From positions 1,706 to 65,705 of the forward strand of contig JAMCRO010000019.1 in NCBI GenBank assembly GCA_023380615.1: DNA of 64,000 nucleotides, given 5' to 3'. Each line of letters starts with the position of its first letter. Within the stretch, counting starts at the first letter, position 1. Source of the DNA: Candidatus Parvarchaeota archaeon (lineage in GTDB: Archaea; Nanobdellota; Nanobdellia; Parvarchaeales; Parvarchaeaceae). Below the pieces are notes generated by a model, which worked only from the letters and a program-made list of their open reading frames with translations, was not told where the DNA came from and ran no database searches. A program made the position numbers and the translations under genes. Shown here piece after piece: positions 9,579 to 19,700 of the stretch.

Positions 9579-10920
9579 TTATTTTTTCTTCCGCATTTCC
9601 GGATTTGTGTACTTATTCCAAAACAGCTTGTACATCTTCAATTTATCCGGTAGTTCATTCAAATATGGAATAAACGGAAACAGCATTAATATGAAAAAGA
9701 TGATTATGGCTATCAATCCGTTTTCAAGGTCATTCCACCATGAAATATTTGCGGTCGCTATTTCAAGTGCATCGTATGGTATCAACCAATATTGTATGGA
9801 CCATGGGGGAGCACCCACCTTTAGCATGCCCCACTGTGCAGTCCTTAAGCCGTAATGCGTTGCTGCAGTTGTCAATGCACCCGTATCATACAAAAATCTT
9901 AATACGTATGTTTCGTCTAATCCGCTGGAACTTTCATTTTGAACCACCAATTGATATTCTCCAGATTCAGCCATTTTAGTCAAACTGGCAGTCGCAACTA
10001 TCAGCGGATTTTGGGAGTTCATTGCATTTGAAATTGAGCCGTTATTGCTGAAGTAATTGTATGCCTGTATGAATTGCTCATTTTGCTGTGAAGGACTTTC
10101 ATTGAAAAACGTGGAAAGCTCATTGCTCTTGTTTTCAAAGCTTACATATGTAGAATACGGAACCGTGAAGTAAACTGCTCTTGTGCTGAATGTATACGGA
10201 TCAATAGTATCAAGATAGGTAGCAGTGCCGGATGAAAAGTTGAATTCCTGCAATAGAGTAGTTGCGACTCCGGAAGGATTCGAATTCGCTGCCTGACTGA
10301 TTGTCAAAGGCGCTATATATGGTGAGCTGAATACAAATGCAAACACCAGTACTATTACGAAAATATAAATCATTCTTCTGTACATTTTTTTATGATCCGC
10401 CTTTACCATTTTATATGGTATGTCATTCCTGTAAGGAGTGCTTAATCCGTCTTTTTTAACAAGAGAATAATGCATAAACATAAATAGAATCAGAAGTATG
10501 GGGATTATAGCCACATGCCAGCCTAAAACCGCTCCCTGATTCAAGGGATTTATCCAGAAGCCCAGACCCAGGCTGTTCCACAGGTCCGCACCCGCTTTGT
10601 CATTCCACTGCGAGAGCAGCCCTCCCTGGATTCCTACACCAAATGCAAATTCCAGTAGAACCAAAAGAAGAAGCACGCTGCCGATCATCCAAACAAGCTT
10701 TTTCTTCCTAAATGCAGACGTTGAAAAATTAACGAAAAGATGTATAAACATCAATGTTATGAATGCTTCTGCTGCCCACAGGTGCAGGCTACGAAAGAAA
10801 GTGCCCATAGCGGTAGTATCCCACCAGAATGGGCCAAAAATCAGCATTATCGTGCCGCTTATTGCCAATATTACAAATAGCTCTAAAAGGTATATTCCTA
10901 TCGTGAAAAAGAAGCTGTTA
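9579..10920 (-). CDS. Cytochrome b (b6/QcrB N-terminal-type) membrane protein, apparently 5'-truncated; first canonical start is TTG 10868
   Basis: Four heme ligands in RSLHLWAAEAFITLMFIH and GWHVAIIPILLILFMFMH; helix-A sequence NSFFFTIGIYLLELFVI lies in frame upstream of 10868, bounded by TAG at 10938-10940. Confidence 0.8.
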
Positions 10921-10938
10921 CGGATAAAATAAACAGTC

Positions 10939-10951
10939 TAGTTGTCAACTA
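10939..10951. promoter_or_regulatory. Perfect 6-1-6 inverted repeat TAGTTG-T-CAACTA (operator or rearrangement scar)
   Basis: Read directly; it lies between the HxlR stop and the broken 5' end of the cytochrome b gene. Confidence 0.35.
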
Positions 10952-10986
10952 AATGCAGCTTGACTATCCTATTTTAGAAAGGTATT

Positions 10987-11364
10987 TTATATTTTTATAG
11001 GAGTACTAACCTCAGGGTTATTACTGTTTGGTCCTTTTTTGCATTCTCTGCATTCTTTAACTTCTCCCGAATCGTTGCATTTAATGTTTTTAAACGATTC
11101 AAATGCAGAAATAAGCGATTTACCATTTTCAGTCATGCTGTATTCACTTCTTTTCATGTTATTGTTGTACGATATCTTCTTGGTTATCAACCCTCTCTTT
11201 ACCAAATCATTCAACGCTTTATTAAGCGTTTTTGGGTATATCTTAGGATTTAATGAAAGCAGTTTGTCGAAGTTTATACCCTCGTTTTTTGTTATTTCCT
11301 CCAGTACTGTTGCATCCCACTTTTTTCCAAGCACATTCAAAAGGTCTAAAGTACTGCATGCCAT
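10987..11364 (-). CDS. HxlR/DUF24 winged-helix transcriptional regulator
   Basis: C..LDLLNVLGKKW, RSEYSMTENG; N-terminal Cys and C-terminal CxxC. Confidence 0.88.
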   Translation of the reverse strand: MACSTLDLLNVLGKKWDATVLEEITKNEGINFDKLLSLNPKIYPKTLNKALNDLVKRGLITKKISYNNNMKRSEYSMTENGKSLISAFESFKNIKCNDSGEVKECRECKKGPNSNNPEVSTPIKI

Positions 11365-11396
11365 ATACGTTATTGATTTTCCGTATTTTAATGTAT

Positions 11397-12290
11397 TTAG
11401 TTTATCTTTTCTTCCTTGAAATTATAGCTGTTTATTTTATCCTCATTCTTTTTATGTTGTTTTGCTATCGGCTCAGTGTAATACTTGCTTTCCAAAGCCG
11501 AAAGGAAATCGATATCCTCCTTATCAAGCTTTACTTCCATAGCCTCAATATCCTCTTTCATGTGTGCAGGGTTACTGGCTTTTGGTATTGGAAATGTATT
11601 GTCCCTGTGCACAAGCCAGCTTAAAGCAATCTGGGCAGGAGTCTTTCCGTATTTATTTGATATTTTACCAATATCTGCAAGCAATTCACTGTTATTGAAT
11701 ATCTTTCCATGGGATAAAGGACTATAAGCTATTACAGCAATGTGATTTTCTTTGCAGTAATCAAACACCCCTGTCTTCTCTATGTCTCTTGTGACTATGC
11801 TGTACTCTACCTGATTAGACGCTATCTCATACTTTGACATGACGGACTGCGCCTCTTTCATCTCATCCAGCGAGAAATTGCTTATCCCTATGTTCTTTAT
11901 CTTTCCTTCCTCTGCTAGTTTTTCCATAGCCTGCATTGTCTCTTTTATTGGAACTGATTTGTTTGGCCAATGCAGCTGGTATAAGTCTAAGTAATTCGTG
12001 CCTATCTTCTTTAAGCTAGCCTCGCATGCCTTTATTACATCCTCATATTTAAAATGCGTGGGCCATACTTTGCTTGCAATGAATAGCTTTTCTCTTTCAT
12101 AACCCTTTATTGCTTCTCCGACAATATCTTCGGTGTTATACATTTCCGCAGTATCTATGAAATTTACCCCGTTGTCTATTGCATATTTTATTGCCTTCAT
12201 GTTATCTTCACGGTTACTGCTAAGCTGCCAAGTGCCAACGCCTATGACAGAAAGTTTATTGTTTGTTTTATTGAATTCCTTTGTTTCCAT
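11397..12290 (-). CDS. Aldo/keto reductase
   Basis: GVGTW, IDTAEMY, LDLYQLHWP, IGISNF, NQVEY, AYSPL, PIPK. Confidence 0.95.
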   Translation of the reverse strand: METKEFNKTNNKLSVIGVGTWQLSSNREDNMKAIKYAIDNGVNFIDTAEMYNTEDIVGEAIKGYEREKLFIASKVWPTHFKYEDVIKACEASLKKIGTNYLDLYQLHWPNKSVPIKETMQAMEKLAEEGKIKNIGISNFSLDEMKEAQSVMSKYEIASNQVEYSIVTRDIEKTGVFDYCKENHIAVIAYSPLSHGKIFNNSELLADIGKISNKYGKTPAQIALSWLVHRDNTFPIPKASNPAHMKEDIEAMEVKLDKEDIDFLSALESKYYTEPIAKQHKKNEDKINSYNFKEEKIN

Positions 12291-12310
12291 ATTTATTAAA
12301 GTGGTTGATT

Positions 12311-12562
12311 CTATTTATGGTTTTTTAATCTGAGCTGTATGTGTATATCCCTTGATATTTTTATAGTGGGAACCAGTAATATCTGGAAACTGCCCAAAAT
12401 AAAGAGGTAAACTCCTATAGTACTCAAGCGCCCTGGCAAGAATTCTATGCTGCCTATCAAAAACTCCATTCCTATCATGAAATCATTTATCAAACCTAAA
12501 ACCTTGTAATTTCTCTCTATCTCCTTTTTTATCTTATCTCTATCTTTCTTTAAAGCCATCAA
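12311..12562 (-). CDS. YrhK-like small membrane protein
   Basis: NDF....FLIGSI.F and GVYLFILGS two-helix pattern. Confidence 0.75.
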   Translation of the reverse strand: MMALKKDRDKIKKEIERNYKVLGLINDFMIGMEFLIGSIEFLPGRLSTIGVYLFILGSFQILLVPTIKISRDIHIQLRLKNHK

Positions 12563-13143
12563 AGCGCCTTTATTATCTCTTCAGTCGATAGAACATCAAA
12601 AAGCTTTTTCATGTTTTGTATGGATCTTTCATGAGCTTCTTTGTCACTAGATGAAGATGCATTAGAATCTACAACTACATAAAAGCCCCTGTTTGCTGCA
12701 TCTCTAGCCGTAGATTCAACCCCTATTTCGGTCGCTATTCCTGCTATTATCAACGTTTCAATGCCGGCATTTCTGCACATAAGCTCGAAATTTGTGCCTA
12801 TGAATATGCTTGCAGTGTTTTTGTTTATGACTATTTCGCCGTCTTTTGGCTCAATAGCTAGGTCAAACATTTCCTTTGGTAGTTGTGACAGGTTGAACTT
12901 CATTTTACTCGAAGAGTACTTTCTCGCAGGAGATTCAAATTCCTTTGGTAATGGAGTAATCTTTGTAAAGAATATTGGCATTCCTTTAGTTCTTGCGCTT
13001 TCTATAAGCCCATTAATGTTTTTAAGAAATTCTTCCCTGTTGAATATGTTTTTTACGAGCATTTTCTGTACATCCCAAACTATAAGTGCAGTATGTTCTG
13101 GATTTACTATTTCCCTGATTTCGGTATAAACTTTCCTTTCCAT
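12559..13143 (-). CDS. Isochorismatase-family hydrolase (YecD-like)
   Basis: TALIVWDVQ, INK..ASIF.GT, GIATEIGVESTARDA. Confidence 0.9.
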   Translation of the reverse strand: MERKVYTEIREIVNPEHTALIVWDVQKMLVKNIFNREEFLKNINGLIESARTKGMPIFFTKITPLPKEFESPARKYSSSKMKFNLSQLPKEMFDLAIEPKDGEIVINKNTASIFIGTNFELMCRNAGIETLIIAGIATEIGVESTARDAANRGFYVVVDSNASSSSDKEAHERSIQNMKKLFDVLSTEEIIKAL

Positions 13144-13211
13144 CTTTAAAAATAGCATTTTGTTAATTATAAACTTTTATCAAAAAAGAAATAAAAAACA
13201 AGAAACAAAAT

Positions 13212-13590
13212 TCACTCAATCTTTATGTCATTGTCTTCTAGGAGCTGCTTAAGAAGAAAGGTGTAGGTTAGTACTCCATTCTTGAAGCTTGCCTTACTTC
13301 CTTCCTTTTGCACAGGCGCAGGCAAAGCAATCTCTGTAGTAACCTGCTGAGTTTCTTTCCACTCTTTGCGTATTTGCCCTTATTACAAGCAAGTCTTACT
13401 CTATCTTCGGTTTTATGTCTTCCTTGCCCACACCTGGCAGGTCTGCAATTACTTTAACCCTATTGTTTTCATCTAATATGTCAACCCCCTTGTAATTGAA
13501 ATTAAACCCAAAGCCTGAAATAAACCTGTCAAGCTGCTGGAAATGGTTTAAATCAATTGGTTCTGTAGGTTGCAAGTCTTTTATCCTCAT
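13212..13590 (-). pseudogene. Small heat-shock protein (Hsp20/alpha-crystallin) pseudogene
   Basis: VDI.DE...VKVIADLPGV.KEDI, then in-frame TAA at 13396-13398; a frameshift near 13332 restores IALPAPVQKEGSKASFKNGVL...IKIE-stop; SD GGAGGTGG before ATG 13590. Confidence 0.85.
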
Positions 13591-13629
13591 ATGCACCACC
13601 TCCTTTTTATTGGATTAAAAATTTAAGGC

Positions 13630-13643
13630 GGCCGTAACCGGCC
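13630..13643 (-). promoter_or_regulatory. GC hairpin GGCCG-GTTA-CGGCC in the hsp20 leader
   Basis: Perfect 5-bp GC stem in an AT-rich intergenic region, followed by a T-rich tract on the minus strand. Confidence 0.4.
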
Positions 13644-13649
13644 AATAAG

Positions 13650-13712
13650 CTATGTATTAAAACTCTCAAAGGAAACCAAAATTCTCGTTATAAAATCTTT
13701 TACGGAAGCCAT
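13650..13712 (-). CDS. Putative 20-aa leader peptide MASVKDFITRILVSFESFNT
   Basis: Perfect SD GGAGGTGA before ATG; GAAAAA-TTTATAA BRE/TATA at about 13768-13780. Confidence 0.45.
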   Translation of the reverse strand: MASVKDFITRILVSFESFNT

Positions 13713-13786
13713 ACAACTCACCTCCTTAGATTTTATACACTACAATAATTATTATGTACTAACTAACTTATAAATTTTTCTATTTA

Positions 13787-16700
13787 CTAATGTTTATTTC
13801 GATAGCGTTTCTTATTTACTGCGCCTTTTCTTTTCTTTTTTACCTGTATTCCTCTTGTTTTTATCTTTCTTCTTTTTGAGTAAAACAGCATAATAAAGAT
13901 CAAAGCGACGATTAAAACCACAGCTATGATTATTTCACCCTTAAATTCAATAAGAGGCGTGTAAAAAGCAGGTTTTTGCCTGGCTATGCAAGCCGTTGAA
14001 ACGGAATAGTTAACAGTTACCGGTATGCCTGCTATGCCGAGAAGGGAAGAATTAGAAGGGATGTTAGGTGTGTACATGACATTACAGCTGTAGGTTGCAT
14101 TTGAGGTATGGCTGCTTAGGTTGTAGAATCTTATCTTGAATTGACCATAAGGGACCAATGTTAATATCGGAGAGCCTGAGATGGACTGCAGGGTAACATT
14201 GTTTATTGTTGCATTCCACCTGTAATTGCTGGGCAAGCCGTTTTCATATACATATTCTACGGTTAAACTTGAATTTTCAGCAGATGACAATGATGATCCC
14301 TCTGCTATAACGTACTGCGAAAATCCCGGCGAGACTGCCTTGTAATTTGCATTTGTGCTGTTTGCATTGACCAAAAACGTGGGGATCTCCTGCCAGTTGT
14401 GCTTTGTTTCTGAACACCTATACAGTGAAATATTCTTTATACCGATATTGTTTGCGGATAAAGCGTTTTTATGCAGGGAAAACAAGTAGGTAACCTCTCC
14501 GAAATTGCCTTCATTTGCAGTTACGGAATCATTGAAGCTGTATAAAACTCCAGATAGTGCGTTACCAAAACAACTGGAATTCTTGGTGGAGTATATTGTA
14601 AATACGCTTCCGTTCAAGTTAGATAAAACAGGCATTGAAAGCTCGTTTACAGGAGTTACATTATACGGCAGAGGGATACTCAGATTGTATGAAGGGAACA
14701 GCCTAAACGCCTGGACCTGCTCTTTATAATTCAACCTACTTACATTGAATACAGTATTCAATACAGACTGGTTGAAAAGCTTTGTTTTACTTGTCAGAAG
14801 AGATCTACTTGTTACATTCATTATAGTTAAATTAAAGTTTTCAAAGGCAGAAGAGTAGTTATCGTTTCCCAAGGTTTCAAATACTATACCGTATTTAATC
14901 GGAGCGCTGCTGGAATAATTAATGTTATATCCCTTTCCTTTCAGCTGATTGTTAATGTATAGGTTAGCTGATAGCTGGTTGTTAAAGCTGTAGGCTGTTC
15001 CATATAAATATAAGGGGGTGCCATTGTAATAGAAGCTTTTATCGGGGGTTAAGGCAAGCTTTAAAATAGGCTGGGCTTTTTCTATTTTCAATGCCGTACT
15101 TATTGATATGCCTGAATAGTTCTGATTGCCCGGGGAAAAAAGTTTGATATTATATGAGCCGGCAGACGCATTTGTAGTGTAAGTAACATTAGAGTTGTCA
15201 GTGAATGAGATCGCTGAATTTATATAAAGCTGATAATATAGCTGATTATTTACAGAAGATATGCTTAAATTAACGGGTATACCCGAGCCATCGTAAATTT
15301 GACTTGTATAATAAGGAGAAAGGACAAGTTTGGGTACTGCTTTATCAATCTTTTGGTAGAAGGACACATTGGCTATTCCGCTGCTATTTGTTGTTATTGT
15401 TATCTTATAGAAACCTGCCGCTAGATTCTTGAGGTAATGCAAAGAGCCGTTGCTGCTTGCTGTAAATGTATTGTTTATGTACAGGTTGATTGGCAATGTA
15501 GAAGGAGTTGAGTACGCTGAAACATTCAAGGATTTAGGGTAAGTAGTAGTCAAATTTGATTCAAAACCGTTTAAATAAAGGTATAATTTTCCAAGCTTTA
15601 TCTGCATTGTCTTTTGAATGGAAAACAAAGTGTAATTTTCATTCCCAGAGGTGTTAAGCTTTGCTACGAAAATATTTGGCTGGTATGAAGCATTGTAGGT
15701 TCCATTTATAACAGAGGTATTTTCAAGCGTATTGTTTATGTAGAAGTTGCTTAGTAATTGACTGTTAATAGTAGAAATCTTGAAATGGAATATCAAACTC
15801 GTTTCATTGTTTGAGTAATTTACAGATGGCGTTGTGTATATTGACAATATTGGATGTGCTTTGCTTATATTGACCATTATTTCAGAGGTGTTTATTATCG
15901 TATAGTTTTCATTGCCGTTTGAAATCACTTTGAATAGGTAATCGCCTGCAGATGCATACTTGCCGGATATGTTTGAAAAGTTTACTAAATTGTTTTTAGA
16001 CAGCAGTGAAGTTACATAAACAGAGCTGTTTAGAAGGCTGTAATTTATGATATTGCCATTTATTAAAGATTCATTTAATTTATCAGTTATAACTGGAGCA
16101 ATTCCGTCATAATAAAATGAACCATTCGGATAAACGGTTAAACTCTGGCTTATTGCCTTTTTGCTAATGTTTGCATAGTAAGTTACATTGATGTAATTAC
16201 TGGAGTTAGACAGGTTTTCTTCTACTGTTATCTTGTTTAAACCTCCTGAAATATAGTTAAAGTATGTTGTATTTTCTTTATGGTAAGAAGTAATTGCCTT
16301 GTTGTTTATAAGTATCCTAATACCGTTGCTGCTGTTATCGTTCGCAGTTATGTTTGATTTATTTCCATAAACCCCAGATATATTTCCGATTATGTTATTT
16401 ATAGATAACTTGGGAACATTAATTTCACTTCCAAATTCCACTAAGGGCATAACACCGTTTGGAGGGTAAGTACGAGTGCGAAGCCATTGAATTTTTAGAC
16501 CAGAAGTGCCTCCGCTACCTATCGCAATATAATAATTCCCAGACGGAGCTACATAATTTGTATCTGAATAAACTAGGTTATACCCATCATAACCATACGC
16601 CTCAGAACCTGTAGAAACCACACTTAAAATTCCGGAAGAAGCAGAACCAAATTCACTATCTGATCCAGATTTCACAGTCATAAAATTGTTACTATCCCCT

Positions 16701-19700
16701 AAATTGTCAATTATTCCTGAGTATGCATCACCACTTGAACTACCAACTTGTAACCAGAGGGTATCAATAGTATAAGAATTACTTGAAGTGCTAACGATAT
16801 AGCCAAACCCCATGTTAGCAGTTAGCCCTGTTGGATACATAGCATACCCTTCCAAAATATTATTTACTGGGTAAGTAGAAGTAGTTTCAATTAACTCATC
16901 AGGATTTGCAAAATCTAATCCATTGTTAATTGTTGGCTCTGCATTGTAATATGTCCATCCACTTGGCAGACTTGAACCTGCAAAATTCCAATAGTTATTG
17001 AATACATCAACCCCATTATCGTATTCTCCATAAGTTTTGGAGAGATTAGGGGCTTCACCAACGGTATTGCCATTGAAAAGATTTGTGGAATTAGGCGCAA
17101 TTGCAGCATAAATCGATTTACTTGAACCCGCAGGTATAGAACCTAATTTAATCCAATAAACTAGATCATTGCTTTTGTAATAAAATGCGCCTAAACTAAC
17201 ATAACCGGAACCAGAAAGACTACCTGATAATGTATAATTTCCGGGGTTTAACTGACATTCGGCCGCAAATACAGTTTCATAGTTATCACCCCCGCTTTTG
17301 AAAAATAATTCGCTGCAACCTGGTGGCAAATCAATTGAATTACATGAATAAAAACCACACGATCCAAGTAAAATAGTATCAGTAGAACCTATCGGAACTT
17401 TAAATTTCGAGCTGAATGATGTCACAGAACTATAATTGGTTGCTTGATAACTAATATACTTTTGGTCTAAAGCAATTCCTCCAACAATTATGTCAGAAGC
17501 ACCTGAAGAATCGCTACAAGTTGAAGAATTTTGGATTCCTAAGCTTGCATAATTATCTGCGGAAGTTAAATCTGTCCATGAATGAGAACTTAGTGCTCCA
17601 TTACCATCTCCCCCTGCACACAAGTAATAATCTGCTGACGGTAAATTAGTTGACGCTGATGTAGACCCGGTAGAGAAATTATAACCTGACAAAGATAAAG
17701 TATTATCTGATTCCAGCCAACTTGGTATTACTGTTCCATTTCCATATACAAATTCTAAGTTCTGACTAGTTGCTTGTCCAGAATGATTGATATAAGACCA
17801 TAATAAGTTTGAAGAATTTATATTGACCATTTGCTGAAAAGGTGAAGGAGCAGAAATCGATTGATAATTTGATATAGTTATGGGAAAGAAATACTTTATT
17901 AACGGAAGACTAAATGACAAGTTTCCTAGTATTGAATTGCTTAGGTTTATCTCTTTTTCAGAGTAATTTTCATTTCCTGCTTTGAAAATAAATGTATAGC
18001 TACCAACTTTATTATTTTTGTAGGAAACACTTGATTTAGAGGAGTTTATTGTTAAGTTGTTTAAATATAGGTTACCTAAAAGCTGATTGTTAAAGGAAGA
18101 GATATTACAAGTTAACTTAAAGTAAGATCCGTTATAAAGGAAAACCAAAGGGGAATCACTGCATTCCATACTCGGTTCCGCTTTTGAAATTGTGAAAGTC
18201 TCAATATAAGTAAATGAAGAATAATTTTCATTTCCACTAGACGTTAGCTCTGTAGAATAAGAGCCTGCAGTGGCATTTCTGTAAATACTTGAATCCTGAT
18301 TAAAGGTTGAAAAGGCAACACCTTTTACGTATAAAGTAGCTGACAGCTGGTTGTTTACAGTGCTGATGGTAGCTGAAATATTTGTAGTTTTGCCGTCATA
18401 TGTGAAACTTTGACCGCTAAGGCTATAACTGGGCGCTGCTTTTGAAATGATAACCTCTTTTGCAGTAGAATAAGCAGTATAGTTCTGATTACCAGTGGTG
18501 TTAAAAATCATCTTATATGTACCGGCAGTCGCATTTAAGTAGGATTTATGTGTATTTGTGGTTGCAAAAAACTTTCCGTTTATATAATCGTTAGCAGTCA
18601 ATTGACTGTTTAAAGTTGAGATCAAACCAGTTAAATTGAGCGAATCGCCATTATATGTAAAGTTACCTGTGCTTGATTCTATGGATATGGAAGGAACTGC
18701 CTTGTTTATCTTTTCATAAAAAGAGACGTTTTCTCCCCCGCTTAAATTTGTATTTGCAGTTATTTTGTACAAGCCTGCAGCCAAGTATTTTATGTACTGC
18801 GTTGAATTTTTAGAATAGTTTGTAACTTTTGTATTGTTTATGAAAAGCCTTACATATCCAACGGGCAACTTAGCAGTAAAATTGCTTTCTGTCCCGTATG
18901 TTATAGTAGAATTTGAATTTAATGCCCCATTCAAATAAAGGCTTACAGTATATATTTCCCTAGCCAAACTCAATGAATAAGCAGTGTAATTTTGATTGCC
19001 TGTTGTGTTTAAAACAGCAAGATAAGTATTCGGCAGATCAGAAACGTTATAATCAGAAGCAGTAGAGGTATTTACTTTATTTGTTTTATTGAGGTAAAAT
19101 TTGGCAGTAAGCTGGTTATTCAAAGAATAAATGGAAGAATTAAACCTAAGGTAGGTGCCGTTTTGCGTGTAATTATCACTAGGCAGAGAGTATAGCTGCA
19201 TATTTGGAACAGCTTTGTTTATCTCTTCATAATAAGTGCTATTTTGAACAGACGTGGAGTTGTACTGTGCAGTAACCTTGTACAGACCTGCACTAAAGTA
19301 CTTTAAGTAAGTAGTTGAATTTTTAGAGTAGTTTGTAACTTTTATGTTGTTTATGAAAAGTCTTACAAAAACCGAAGAGTTACGAGATAAAGCAGTGAAA
19401 TTGCTTTCTACTCCATAGATTATAGTAGAATTTGAATTTGCTACTTGATTCAAATTTAGAGTATAATTTATTTTTTGTATTTTACCAATTAATATAGAGG
19501 GCATAATACCTTTTGGAGGATAAGCTCTAGATAAAACCCACGTATAATAGGCATAACCTGTTCCAGTTCCACTTTTAACTCCTGCATATAACCCGACATA
19601 TGATTCAGAGTAAGGTATATTTGTAATTGTAGTTGAACCCATCTCTACATTATTATGATATCCGTATACATCTCCATTTGAAAGCCACCATAAACCAAAT

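Noticed and set aside
10935-10970. Resemblance of GTCAACTA...TTGAC to IS200/IS605 or omega-RNA ends
   Set aside because: Too short and no tnpA, tnpB or iscB nearby; kept only as an unexplained palindrome
12559-13143. Missing catalytic Cys in the isochorismatase-family protein
   Set aside because: The GIxTxIGVESTAR pattern is the normal YecD-like subfamily signature
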